From Carcharhinus longimanus (taxonomy: Eukaryota), in assembly GCA_030264375.1 (NCBI GenBank), contig JASCQW010000156.1, positions 18,493,674-18,557,673 of the forward strand: 64,000 nucleotides of DNA, in the 5' to 3' direction. Shown here piece by piece: positions 22,330 to 35,505 of this stretch (positions are counted from its first letter, which is position 1; every line of letters starts with the position of its first letter). Below the pieces are notes generated by a model that did not search any database, was not told the origin of the DNA, and was given only the letters and a program-made list of their open reading frames with translations. A program made the position numbers and the translations under genes.

Positions 22330-23600
22330 ATGCCTACTGTCTTCGTACTCAAGATTCATTGCTCTCTGCACCGCCCGTTGTTTTGTCCCTTCTACATTGT
22401 CCAATCTGCCTACCGACCGCATTGCCCACTGTCCACAGCATCCTCTGTCGGTACCACCCACTGACTACACGGTCCACCACCTGCACTGTCCGCTGTTGGC
22501 ACTGCCCATTGTCATCACTGTCCAGTTTGAACACCGTCCACTGTGGGCACTGTCTTCTGTCAGCACTGTCCACTGTGAGCGCTGTCCACACTGCCCCACT
22601 CCGCTGCCCCCAAACATCTGCAATGTTCGCTACCTGCACCACTACTGAGCCACCCACTGGCCATTCTGTCCTGCATCCAAACCGCTCACTGTCAGCAATC
22701 CCCTTCCCCTGCTTCCACACTATCCCTTACCTGCACTGCCCACTGCCCAAACTGTCCACCATCAGCACTGCTCACAACCCATACTACCCACGGTCCATAT
22801 CACCCACTGCCCGCACTGTCAACTGCCTGCTCAACCCTCTGTCTGGAACACCCACTGTCTATACCGCCTACTGCTCTAACCACACATCCAAGCTGCACAG
22901 TACCTGCACCAACCTACTCACAGTACCACCCACTGAGAGCATTACGCACTGTCTGCACCACCCACTGCCCATATAGCCCATTGACACCAATACCCATTAT
23001 CCACATCTCCCAATGTCCTGTCCCCACTTCCGCATGACCTACTGCCACCTCCCATATCTGCGCTGCCACTGCACTCACAATTCTGCCACCCACATATGCA
23101 TTTCCACTGCCCTCCCCATCCCACCCCATGTGCACCAACCACTGCCTGCCCCACCCTGCATATGCAGGACCTACTGCCCCAGATCTGCATTGCCCACTGC
23201 CCACCCAGTATCTGTATCACCCACTGCCCCAGCACCTGCACACCTTACTGCCTTCCCCTTGCACCTGCCTGTGTCACCACCCCTTGCCCATTCTCCCCGC
23301 CCTTGCCCATTCTCCTGTCCATGTCTGTGCACCCTGCAGCCACCCTTATACATGGCCCAAGCCCACTCACTTGACCATGCCCACTACACACTCCTCCCAC
23401 CAGCATCCACAGTCTCTACCCACTCCATTCACGCACGTTGCCCTCTCCACTTGCCCAGGCTCTCAGTGCGCTCCATCCACATGAGATCCACCAAACTCCA
23501 TATGTGTGCCCCCTTCTTATGGCTGCACTGCCCACCCACTCCGTCTGCCTATGTTCATGTGCCCATTCCAACCCGCATTCACACCACTTGCCCACTCCTT
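22330..23600. repeat. Degenerate C/A-rich simple repeat (CCCACTG / CACTGTC-like units)
   Basis: Dozens of CCACTG, GCACTG and TGCCCA words with strong strand asymmetry. This explains the overlapping His/Cys/Pro-rich ORFs. Confidence 0.75.
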
Positions 23601-23789
23601 TCTGACAGAAGTTTCCTGCTGTCAGAGCTAGGCCTGAGACAGGACTAGGGGAAAATTTAGAAATTAGGGTGTCAGGTCAGTAGTCCAACACATATCTGCC
23701 TCGGGCACCTTGAATCACGAGCTATTATTTAATTATTATGTGTCCAAGTGAGCTAATAGGAGAATCATTATTAGCCACTGGGATCTTCA

Positions 23790-23940
23790 GTGAGATTGGT
23801 TTAGATTAGTTGACTGGACTGCTGGTTTATGATGCAGAGCGACACCAACAGTATGGGTTCAATTCCCATACTGGCTGAGATTATTCATGAAGGCACCGCC
23901 TTCTCAAACTTGCCCCTTGCCAGAGGCATGGTGATCTGGC
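23790..23940 (+). mobile_element. tRNA-derived SINE head (third family)
   Basis: TGGTTTAGATTAGTTG (A-box-like) ... GGGTTCAATTCCC (B box) ... CATGAAGGC..CGCCTTCTCAA. Confidence 0.5.
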
Positions 23941-24215
23941 AGGTGCCTGCAGGTGCTTTGCTGTTGGTTGGCCTGCAGTGGGGGTCTGTAAGGTCTCCTG
24001 AACTCCCCCAGGACAAAGTTAAAAAACCACAAACCTCTTCAGACAGAGTGTCAGATAGAGGTGACCTAGAGATGACCTCTTAATTGGCTGCTTCCAGGAA
24101 GATCTCCCAGACTAGGGCCATGAAGGCCAACGTGGGATGAGAATTCAGAAATGGTCTCAGCCTGTGATTATTTCTGAAGGGCATAATATTTTGCACATCC
24201 CAACTGCTCTTTCAG

Positions 24216-27200
24216 TGTCTAACTGGGTACAAAGGGCACAGGGGAATGATCAACAGATCTCCCTGTAGGCTTTGAGAAGTGCAAATGCCATAATCAAGTG
24301 AGCCAAGGCTAGCGTAATGGAAAGGGAGCAGCTAGGGGTTAAAACCCATTGCTTTAGCCCCAACCAGTATTCTGTAGGGTCCAGGCATTGACTTGCATGC
24401 TGTAAACAGTGGGTGCAGCTCTTTCTTGTGTTTTCATTAAAGGGTTTTTTGGTGATGGAAGACTGACCTTAGCAGAATTATTATACTGGCAACAATGAGT
24501 AAAAACATTTTTTCCTTCTTTGGAGAACCTCAGTAATCAAGAACAAGCAATTCTTCTTTGGTAAGAAAACATGAACGCTATGATACTAGTGGGGAAGACT
24601 GTGCCCAATACACTGAGCGCGTGCATTACTCCTGCGCTAACAATATCGAAGAAGGTGAAAAACAGAAAATAATTTTGTTGCTGGTATGCAGGGCCCAACA
24701 TTCAGTGTCATAAAACGTCTAACCTGTCCAGCTGCCTCTGACTCAAAAACCTTTAATGAGCTAGTAGGCTTGGTGAAAAACCATTAAGACCCGAAGCCCT
24801 CTTTTACATTCCAGAGATATCACTAACATGACAGGAAGAAGCCCTGGGGAACCTGTCACCAAATTTCTGGCCATGTTACAAATATTAGCAGAATATTGCA
24901 AATTTGGTCCACCTCTAAACAAAATGTTGTGAGACAGATTGATGTGTAGCATAAATAACCTGACAACCCAAAAGAAGCTGTTGGCAGAACACAACTTGGA
25001 TTTGTATAAAGCTATTGAAATGGCCCCACTGCTGTACAATACAGAAAAAGAAGCTCAGGAGCTACAGACGGTGTCAGGCAAGCAATGCCCTCCAGTTAGG
25101 GGGAAGGGGCCTCATACAATTAGTCCTCAATGGAGAGTGCTTGCGTTAACAAGATATTAAAGGGTTACTTACAACATTGAAGCTCTAATAACACCACCAA
25201 GCAGTCAAGAATAGGCAGTGACAGCCCCAGAGTGTGAGGGAATATATTCCAGAGGGGTGCAGATGCCAGACAATATTGCAAGCACTGTCAAAAGGCGCAG
25301 CTAAGGCAAAAGTTTAGGAATATGCAAAACATGTGCTGTTGAGTAAAGAAGCCAAGGCCAGTTCCTGACTGTACCATGAAGGTATACCCACTTCTAGAAA
25401 CAAGGACATTGCAACTAAATCACATCATCATGACAATGGTTGTGCATATCATGGTGCAAACTACTGGTGAATGGTTATCCTTTGAAGAAGGAGGTGGGCA
25501 TAGCAGTATGGTCTTCGTTATCGGGGCACAGACATACAAGCACCTCCAAACTGGCATCCAACTCCTGAGCTTAGAAGCCACTTAGGTCAGACTAACCACC
25601 TACACAGGAGAACCTTTACAAATAAAAGGCACCACAATGACCCCATGACTTACAGGCATCAATCAGCCTGTCTCCCACTCATTTTTATGGAAAATGTATC
25701 CCAAATTTGACTTCCACACTGGCCCCCTTCCATACCTACTACGAAATTTCCAAACGTGGTTTTGGGAAGCACCACAGGCAAAGACTTTCAAAAACATTAA
25801 ATGGCAGCTACTGAAATCTAACTTATTGGCCTATTTTGACCCCAAGAAAGAATTAATTCTGACATGCGACACTTCTCCACATGGGGTTGGGACAGTACTT
25901 ACACATTGCTGGAAAAAAGGGCAGAAAAACCCATTGCATCCGGGACTTTTTTAGATGCCAAGCGGAGGAGTTCTCACATTGAGAAAGAGGGTTTGACAGT
26001 CATATTTTGTTTGAAAAAATTCCATCAATATGTCTATGGCAGATATTTCATAATAGTTACTGACTACAAACTCTTACTGGGACTTCTTAAAGATGATAAG
26101 GCAACTCCCCCAATGCCTCTGTCTGGATATAGCATTGGGCTTTGTTACTTGCTAGAGCACCGCCCTGGAACCCGGATAGCCAACATCAATACGCTGAGTC
26201 ACCTGTTACCCACACATCTGGCTCTTTTATCAGCATTAGGAGAGGTTGTGATGACCCTAAATTCTCTGGAGACTCTGCCGGAGTCTGTAGGGCAAATTAA
26301 TGCCAGGATACAAAAGGATCCAATCTTGTGTAAGAAAAGACATATGCTCCTACAAGGTGGGTCTGAGGACAACCCTCAGAAGAAATGAAACCGTATCTGG
26401 CTAAGGAAGATGAGCTCAGTGTTGAAGACAGGATCGTTCTCTAGGGGTCCCGAGTAATTACCCCTCGCTCAGCATTGTGTCCGATATTAAAAGAACCAGA
26501 GAATCAGAGATAAAAATGCTGGCTTGGAATTACATCAGGTGGCCCGCTCTTGACTTAGACATCATCGGTGAAACAATGCCACTTATGCCAAGAGAATCAA
26601 AAACTCCCTCCCTACATCCATGGGAGTGGCCTGGAAGGTCATAGATATGCGTCCACATGTGCTTCACTGGGCCTTCATATGTTGCATGTTTTTAATCATG
26701 ATAGATGCACACTCCAAATGATTGGTGGCACACTACATGGGCTCCACGATCAAGAAATGATCACACACAATACCAAGTGCCCTTGTTTCTGATAACTGCA
26801 CAGCCTTTACCAGTGATGATTTCCAGAACTTTGTGCTCTCTAATGGTATCCAATACATCCACATAGCACCTCATTACCTGTCATCAAACAGACTGGCAGA
26901 ATAGGCAGTGAAAACTTTCAAAAATATCATGAAATAACAACTGCTGACATCCATGGAGACCAAATTGGCACAATTTTGGTTTGACTAAAGGACTATCCCT
27001 CACTAACAACAGGAATTGCCCCATTAAAGTACACTACTAAAGGGATGGTGGCTTCATGCAAGACTGAGTCTACTGCTCTCAAACCTGGTGGGGAGGGTGG
27101 AGTGCCAACAAGAAATTCAGAAAACAAATCATGATTCTGCAAGGGAAGAAAGATCATTTAAAACAGATGATATGGTTCACATAAGGAACTTCGGAGATGG

Positions 27201-27869
27201 TCCTAGTTAGGTCCCTGGGATCATTACAGAGAAAACGGATGTTACAAGGCCAAGGTCCAGGGCAACATCGTAAAGGAACAGCTGGGCTATCTCAGAGGTA
27301 GGGAGTCCACTCCCTGGAAGGTCTCACTACCGGCCATGGAGGCAGCTGCCTCCGGTGTCTGTCCACAACTCAAAGCCAGCCTCGCATTAGTCCCTCCAGA
27401 CTCTGAGGTGGAAGAAGAGGGAGCCGGCATCCTAGCTGAAGTGGAACCCGTGAAGGCACCCGCATCAGTAACTGTGCGAACTTCCCTCTGGAAACAAAAG
27501 TCCACCATTCAGTTCACAGACCCAGCCACACCTTTGATGGAGCTCAGACTGATTAAGTGGTGGAAAGGACCTCTCGCCGCAGGGATATTGGGGGAGAACA
27601 GATCTAACGCGGGAGAGATGTTAGGATGGCCATGAAGGGCACAGAGGATCATCATTAAATCTCCTGTGGCCTTTGTGGAGTATGAACTCCCTTATTGAGC
27701 AAGCAAAGACTCACCCAATAGGAAGTGAGCAGCAGGAAGTTAGCACCCATTGGTTCAACGTGGACTGGTACTCTGTAGGTCTCTGAGTAAGCTGTAGGTG
27801 CGGCTGTTCATTGTGTTATCACTAAAGGGTATTTGGTGATGGAAGACTGGACTTGGCTGAATTATCACA
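24216..27869 (+). mobile_element. Degraded Ty3/Gypsy LTR retrotransposon with both LTRs
   Basis: LTRs at about 24216-24485 and 27619-27869 share AAGGGCACAG and TAAAGGG..TTTGGTGATGGAAGACTG..GAATTAT. PBS-like TGGCAAC at 24487 and a purine tract before 27619. Gag (QKKLLAEHNLDLYKAIEMA), RNase H (YFDPKKELILTCD, IEKEGL..IF.LKKFHQY.YGR) and integrase remnants (SDNCTAFTS..FQNF...NGI). Confidence 0.88.
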
Positions 27870-28059
27870 CCAATGTTCTCCCACTCCACCTACTGGATGT
27901 AAGACCCCTGACCTGCATCTCCTGTGATCTCCACCAGCCCTACAGCCATTCAAGATATATATAACTCCTTTAGTTCTGGCACCTTTAGCATTTCCCAACT
28001 TTTGGATGGAACCTTGAGTGCTTTACAAAATAATCAAGGGCTGGAACATTTTCCAGCAA

Positions 28060-29240
28060 ATTAGGAACAGAAGTAGGCCATTCAGCCCCTTGAGCCTGCC
28101 CCACCATTCAATAACATCATGGCTAATCTGCTTTTAACCTCAACTTCACAATCCTGCCTACCCACGATGACATTTGACCCCAATTTATCCATAATCTATC
28201 TATCCTCTGTCTTAAAAATATTCAGGGACACTGCTTCAACCATCTCTTAAGGAAGAAAATTCCAAAGTTTCAGAACACTCAGAGACAAAATTTCTCCTCA
28301 AGTCTGTCCAAATAGGTGCCACTTTATTTTTAAACAGTGACAACTAGTTCTAGACTCTCAGAGAATTGGAAACATTCTTTCTACATCCAACTTGTCAATA
28401 TCCCTCAGGATCTTTGATATTTCAATCAAGTCGCCTCTTTAATCTTTAGAGTGGAACCTTATTGACCTCCCAAGAGTTGAAAGGAGTCCCTGCGAAACAT
28501 TCTTATTGTATTAAAGAATTAAACCACAAAAAATGATTATTATTTTGCGATAGGTAGAAATATACACAATCAAACTTGAGAAATGTTTCTATGTCTTTTG
28601 TGTACACATTTATTATAATAAAACGTTTGGCTATTCAAATACTTCCAAGTCTTACCTTTTTGTTATTTTTAACTCGCTTACCCATTCTGAACCTTATCCT
28701 CAGTCACCCTCATCCTCACTCACCAAGTCTTACCTCCACTCACCTTCATGTGCAATCTAATTTGAAAAACGATGTTTTATTAGATACAAGCCCAGCCTAT
28801 CCCACCTTTCCCCATACAACAACCTGTCCATTCAAGGTGATAATCCAATAAACCTTTTCTGAACTGCTTCTAATTAATTTCATCTTTCCTTAAATAAGGA
28901 GACCAATATTGTAACCAGTACTTCAAATGTAGTCTTACCAATGCCCTATATAACTGAAATGTAATCTCCCTACTCTTGCATTCAATTCCCCTCACAATAA
29001 ACAATACCATTCAATTAATTTTGCTAATTATTTGCTGCACCTGCATTTGAATCTTTTGTGAATCATGGATTAGGACATCAATCCCTCTACATCTCAGAGC
29101 TCTGCAATCTCTCACCATTTGGATAATAAGCCTTTTTTATTCATTCCACCAAAATAGACAACCTCAGATTTTCCCACATTAAAATCCATTTTCCAGATCT
29201 TTGCTCACGCACCTAACCCATCTATTTTTTTTGCAACCTG
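28060..29240 (-). mobile_element. CR1 3' fragment, interrupted at about 28445-28840
   Basis: Tail TAGGAACAGAAGTAGGCCATTCAGCCC and ORF2-like sequence resuming at about 28850. Confidence 0.75.
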
Positions 29241-29864
29241 CATGATTCATTATTTGTGATCACACAGCAGTTGGATGCTGAGAGAGTGAAATCCCAGTTT
29301 GTTCTGACGTAGTGCAGAGTTGACATGTGGTGTCCTCCAGGTGATGTGGGTGCAGTCATTGGCCACCATGCCCCATGGGGAAACCTGCAAACCTAGCAAA
29401 GCTGCATTCTGGTTCCATCTGCTCCTGTGATGAGGGGCTGAAATATAGTTACACCTCTCTATAAACAGGGCACCTCAGTGACCTGCCACACACAACAAAC
29501 GGACAAGAAAGTACCAGCTGCAACCTGGAAAGAGACAGACAGATAACACTTCATCAGTCACCTTCGCAATAACTGCAATGCAATACCTGCACTGCTCTGA
29601 TGTTGCAGTTATGGCTGCAACAGAGGGCAAATTTCAGTGAGATTGCCCTGACTGAAGATCATCTTTCTCCTTTTTCTTCCAGTATTTGTCCTGCTTTGTG
29701 AGCCTCTGTTCTTTCCTCAAGGCATACTGAGTTCCATGGGGAGTGCCTACTTGCTCACTCTTGTCTTGGAGCACCTAGTTTGTGTAGAAACCTTGAGGTC
29801 AACAAGAAGTCCCTTAGCACTTGCCCTGGACTTAAAACTTGAAAAACTATAGAAAACACCAAAG

Positions 29865-29997
29865 CTTGGATTCTCTGGCCATGCTCTCTCCAAAACTGTA
29901 GAATTCCACCCCACCCAAGGTCAATGGACTTTTGCGTTGTCTCCCCCCACCCTCCACTAAGATTCCCGTGGTGGGCGGGACAGGAAAATTCCCCCCC
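29865..29997. mobile_element. Short MITE-like element (family also at about 33217-33343, 51582-51710 and 63232-63358)
   Basis: About 130 bp elements bounded by imperfect GGGCNGGATTTT / AAAAT(T/C)CNGCCC inverted ends. 29865-29997 and 63232-63358 share internal sequence (GTCAA..GA..TTT...ATTCC.GTGGTGGG). Confidence 0.5.
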
Positions 29998-31099
29998 AAG
30001 TACTTGTAGAATTGTGACATTGGTTAGAAGAAATCAACCAGCAGCCAACCTGTAAGTAGTCACTGAATCTTTTAAATAGTGCTGTTGAGGTGTTTGTCCT
30101 ATCGTTAACTTAGTGTTCAGCTATTCGAAGTTTAGAAGAGGCATTGACTGGAATACTGCATTCCAAATTGCCACTGCTGGTGTCAAGTCAGTAATGCACA
30201 TCATTCTGGAGCCTGGAGGACTCTAATAAAGGGAGCTCAGTTTCTCACCCAGTGACTGAATAGTAGCAGCATATGGGTTAAGTGATTCTGAAATTTGCAA
30301 TATTCATAGGTAAATGTTCTCACTATTTTCCTTCACTATCCCCAAATGAAGCATTGGAATCAATTCATTTTATTCCACCTTTTGATAAAGTATACAAACA
30401 CATGTCAGACATTTGCACTCTCCTATCTCAAAAACAGAGGCCCATCTCTGCAGTGTGTGCAAACATCGCCATCTCCTGGTGTTCTGAAGGTTTTCATCCA
30501 GTCTCAACAGAGATGCAGAGAGAAGAAAACAATAAAACAGGGAAATAAGAATACTGCTTTGACCTGGTCTTGAATACTTTAAAATGGAACACTGGTAAAA
30601 CAGAGAAATAACAATACTGGTCCAAACACTTTTTTTTCCTTCTGGGAGGCATGGATTATGTAATGGAGTAAAATGGATGATGGAGAAGTGGCAGCTAACT
30701 TTGCTACCGTCCAGTGACAGTTGAAGGTCCATTGTGAGACTTTCTCCAGATTATATTTATGTGACCTTTTACAGCCCCCCTTAGATCGCTGTGCTCCTCC
30801 AATTCCAGGCTCTTGTGTGTCTTTGATTAATTAATTGCTCCACCATTGGCTGTTGAGCTTTCATTTGTCCCAGCCCTAAGCTCACGAATTCCCTCCCTAA
30901 GCCTCTCCACCGCTCTGTCCTCCTGGACTCTCATTACAACTACCCCTTTGACCAAGCTATTGGCTATCTGTCTCTTTAGGTGGCTTAATGTCACAATTTT
31001 GTTTGAAAGAAGAAGATATCAGAAACATAAAATAACACAGATTTAAGAACCCATCTCATAGGCTGTTTCATCAGTTCCCATAAGGAACAAATAAATCAT

Positions 31100-31390
31100 T
31101 TGCCAAATTTGAGGAAATACTAAATCACTCAATATGTTATTTTAACCAAAGAAGTAACAAAATCCTCAAAAGGGCTAAAGTTATAAACATAACTAGCAGC
31201 CAGGAGAAGCTGTCGACTCACTCATTAATGATCTGTACAGGATGGCTGAAGGCTGTTCATGCGGAGATCTAAAATTTGGACTTATCAGGGATAGAATAGT
31301 TGTAGGAGTACTAGACGATGCACTCTTAGACATACTGCAAACAAATCTAACCCTTGAGAAAGTTATCCAGACTGTTAGGCAGTCTGAACT
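31100..31390 (+). mobile_element. Gypsy gag fragment
   Basis: QPGEAVDSLINDLYRMAEGCSCGDLKFGLIRDRIVVGVLDDAL...LTLEKVIQTVRQSE. Confidence 0.75.
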
Positions 31391-31399
31391 CTTTGTGTA

Positions 31400-31690
31400 G
31401 ACACAGTAAGAAGTGCCACAATACCAGATTAAAGGCCAAAAGGTTTATTTGGTAGCAAAAGCCACTAGCTTTCAGAGCACTGCTCCTTCGTCAGTAAGTG
31501 GGAGTTCTGTTCACAAACAGGGCATATAAAGACACAAACTCAATTTACAAAATAATGGTTGGAATGCAAATCTTTATAGATAAAGATTCGGTAAAGATCC
31601 TGTAAAGATTCACATTCCAACCATTACTTTGGAATTGAGTTTGTGTCTTTATATGCTCTGTTTGTGAACAGAACTCCCAACCCTGATGTC
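31400..31690. mobile_element. Penelope inverted terminal-repeat fragment containing a hammerhead motif
   Basis: 31500-31580 and 31600-31680 are inverted. The minus strand at 31494 to 31462 reads CTGACGA-A-GGAGC AGT GCTCT-GAAA-GCTA-GTGG. Confidence 0.8.
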
Positions 31691-31984
31691 CTTTTGAAAA
31701 GGAGAGCTGCCAGTCTGAGTTAGTAGTGACAAAAGTTCCACATCAATGATTTGAATTGACCCTGTGAAGTGCCCTCAGGGATTTTATTTATTATTTGTGT
31801 TAAAGTGCTGGCGCTTTAGGAAGAAAGCCTTTCAGGGCAATTAGAGATAAGAAATAAATGCCAATCTTGGCAGTGACATCCACTTGCGAAGAACAAATAT
31901 ATAGATATATATTCAAAGTGAGGAAGGTATGCACAATTCTCTTTCAATTTTATTGCAGTGTCACCCTTTTGATAATGGAGAGGA

Positions 31985-33560
31985 ATTTAAGAAATAGAAA
32001 TAGGAGTAGCCCAATCGGCCCCTTAAGTTGGCTCTGCCATTCAATAGGGTCATGGCTGATCCAACATTCCTCACCTCCAGCGTTCTGTCCTTTCCTCATA
32101 ACCCTTTGATTCCCTTACTGATCAATAAACTATCTATCTCAGCTTTAAATATAAGCCCCTATAGCTCTCTGTGGCAAGGAGTTCCAAAGACTCAGAACTC
32201 TTGGAGGGAAGAAATTCCTTTTTATCTCAGTCTTAAATAGGTGCCTCTTTATTCTGAGACTATGCCCTCTTGTCCTAGACTCTCCCATGAGGGGAAAACA
32301 ACCATTTATTCTGTCAAACCCCTTAAGAATCATATATGTTTCAATGAGGTCACCTCTCATTTCTCTAAATTCCAATGACCAGAGTTCCAATCTGTTCAAT
32401 CTTTCCTCATAAGGGAATCTCTCCATACCGAGGATCATCCTTGTGGATCTTCTCTGAACTGTCTCCAATAAAACAGTATCTTTCCTTAAATAAGGGAATC
32501 AAAACTGTTCACAGTACTCCAGACCTGGTCTCACCAGTGTCTTGTACAGTTGCAGCAAAACATCCTGACTCTTATACTCAAACCCTCTTGAAATAAGGCG
32601 AACTTTCCATTGGCCTTCCTGATTACCTGAGTGCTAGCTTCCTGTGCCTCATGCACAAGTATCCCAAAGTCCCTTTGTGTTGCAGAATTCTGCAGTTTCT
32701 CTCCATTTAAATAATACTGTTCTTTTGTTCTCCCTTGCAAAATGAACAGCTTCACATATTCCCACATTATACTCCATTTCACAACATTTTGCCCACTTAC
32801 TTAACCAATCAATATCTCTTTGCAAACTGTTTATATCCCTTTTACAACTTGCCATTCCGCTTATTTACGTGTTGTTTGCAAATCTGACTACAGTACATTT
32901 GCATCCTTCCTCTAAGTCATTAATATATATTGTAAACAGTCACAGTCCCAGCACTGATCCCTTTGGAAACCCATTGGTTACAGGTTACCAACATGAAAAA
33001 CAACCCTTTATCCCCAATCGCTGTTTCCTGCCCATTAGCTAATTATCTATCCATGCCAATATATTATCTCCGACACTACGGCCTCTTATGACTTATCCTT
33101 TTGTGAGGTACCAAGTCGAACGCCTTCTGGAAATCCAAATACAACACATCTGATTCCCCTGTGCTCATTCTGATTGAGATTTTCTCGAAAAACTCAAATA
33201 AATTAATCAGACACGACGGCCAGAATTTTACCAACATGTCTGCTCGAGGCTCGTAAGATCCTGTCTGAGACCAATGGAGAATGCCTTTCAGCGAGTCTCC
33301 CCCACCCTGATTCCGGGGTGGTCGTGTCAATAAAATCAGGGCTGATTTCCCTTTCACGAAGCCAGGCTAACCCTGTTTAATTAGATTATGATTTTCCAAA
33401 TGTGTTGCTATTACTTCCTTAATAATTGCTTCCAACATTATTCCAACAATAGATGTTAGGCTAATCGCCTATAGTTATCCAATTTTTGCCTCCCTCCCTT
33501 TTTGAATAGGAGTGCCATGTCAGCAGTTTATAATCCTCTAGATTGGATTTCAAGGATTTT
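31985..33560 (-). mobile_element. CR1 LINE 3' fragment with a MITE-like insertion at about 33217-33343
   Basis: VQRRSTRMILGM..YEERLNRLEL, LQRDIDWLSKWA, CLINLFEFFE..DVLYLDFQKAFD.VPH. Confidence 0.9.
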
Positions 33561-34161
33561 TGCTGTATTGTTTGTTCCCATCCTGTGTGCAGAACAGTGA
33601 GTGACACGATCGTCTCAAGGCACATGGTATATTTGGAGTATATGGGCAGCATTTAAAATGGGTAAGGATAAAGAAGGCTAATTCAATAACAACATCCTGG
33701 AGTCAAAGGAAGTGGGCTAGCAAATGGATTATAAATATAAACACCTCCAACCACAATTTTTGTCTGCCCACCCATACTGAATCAAGTAAGTGTGAATCAA
33801 GTCATAAGTGTGAGATCTCTAAATGAGAGTTCTGGCCACATTGGTCTTCTTTCTCTGTAGGGACAATGTTTTCTTCTGTCTTGTGGTTCATGGAGGGGAA
33901 GGGGGCTGAGCATTGAACCAAATGCAAAGCCGACCTAATGATGGCTCGTCGCTGGTTGAATGACCATCGGTGAGCTTTCCTATTGTTTACCATTGTTTTT
34001 GAATTCCTCATCACAAATGTGCAATTGATGATGAAAGTTGTTTTTAACACTTCAAGTTAATCCACAGAGTTGACGAGATTCAGTGACTTGTATTCTCAAG
34101 TTTTTCTTTGGCTTGTGACTTGCCTTGCACAAAATTGACTTGGCATCATTTTCAACTTAAT

Positions 34162-34505
34162 CATAAAATCCCTATAATGCGGAAGGAAGCCACTTGGCCT
34201 ATCAAGTTTGTACCGACTCTCTGACAGAGTATATTACCCAGGCTCTCTCCTCCCCTTATCCCTGTAATCCTGAGCATTTATCATGGCTAATCCAATTAAT
34301 CTACACACCTTTGGAGACTACGGGGCAATTTAGCATGGCCAATCCACCTAACCTGCACATCTTTGGACTGTGGAAGGGAATTGGAGCACTTGGAGGAAAC
34401 CCACACAGACACGGGGAGAACGTGTAAACTCTACACAGTCACTCAAGTCTGTAATTGAACCTGGCACTGTGAGACAGCAGTGCTAACCATTGTGCCACCA
34501 TGCCA
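34162..34505 (-). mobile_element. HE1-type SINE, near full length
   Basis: Head GGCATGGTGGCACAATGGTTAGCACTGCTG through core to tail. Confidence 0.88.
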
Positions 34506-35424
34506 CTCATAACAATGTACCACCGTGCTGGCAGAAATGGTATTTTTAAATATTCTGGCCCGGAACAGTTGATCGATGTTTCACCGGGACCCACGATGTA
34601 TGTGACCCAGTACCTGTTGCGTTCTCTTCCTACCTGTTCCCATCCAGTACCATTGATGATTGGCAGATTTGGAGACAAGGCTGCTGGATGGATATCCACA
34701 GCAGCGATTGGCTGAGCAGCTTGTCAATCTGGGACTGCCTCAGCTGTAGATTCCTCATTCCCTCCTTTCTGACTCACCTCGTGCGAGGAGTGAGATGTTA
34801 ACTGACATCAATGGAAACAGCCAGAGGTAGAAGGCAGAATGTTGACTTGTGAATTAAATAAAAGGCTTCAGCCCTTTTTCCAACAGCATGCACTGCCCTT
34901 CCTGACGACTGAACACAAACATTTTGCGTGGCCATCCTGACCTGAACTTTTCATGGCTGCTTCCCTGACCCTTCTATGGCCGCAAGATCAGTGCAGAACC
35001 TGGCCTGATTTTCACCACATCATTCAATTTATGCTGGTTCGCCCACCGTGCTGTTAGGAAAGGATTTCCATGATTTTGGCTCAACAACAGTGAGGGAACA
35101 GCGATATATTTCCATGTCAAGATAATGTGTGATTTGGAAGGTAGCTTGCACCATTACCAATATCTATCAATACAATCTGGTCAGCCCCCTCTGCTGGTGG
35201 ATAAATATGGGTATCAATTTCATCAATGAGCAAACACATGCATACTCTCCTGAATGTTCAACTTGGCACGAGGGATTATGTGCTAAGATGTCCCTTTGAC
35301 TCAAAATAACACAGAAATTTCTGGAAATTCTGAAAGGAAAGGAGTCTCAGCAAACACCTCATTGCCCACTTGACTTTAAGTTGCAATAGGATGGGAGAGG
35401 AACTCAAACGTGTTGGGTGACAGG

Positions 35425-35505
35425 TTTTGATTGGATTTGTCACATGTATTAGTATACAGTGAAAAGTATTGTTTCTTGCGCGCTATACAGACAAAGCATA
35501 GCAGA
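35425..35505 (-). mobile_element. Rex1/Babar LINE extreme 3' end
   Basis: Reverse complement of 1570-1645. Confidence 0.65.

Noticed and set aside
22349-23648. His/Cys/Pro-rich ORFs of 90-211 aa on both strands
   Set aside because: By-products of a low-complexity CCCACTG-type repeat. No domain or splice structure.
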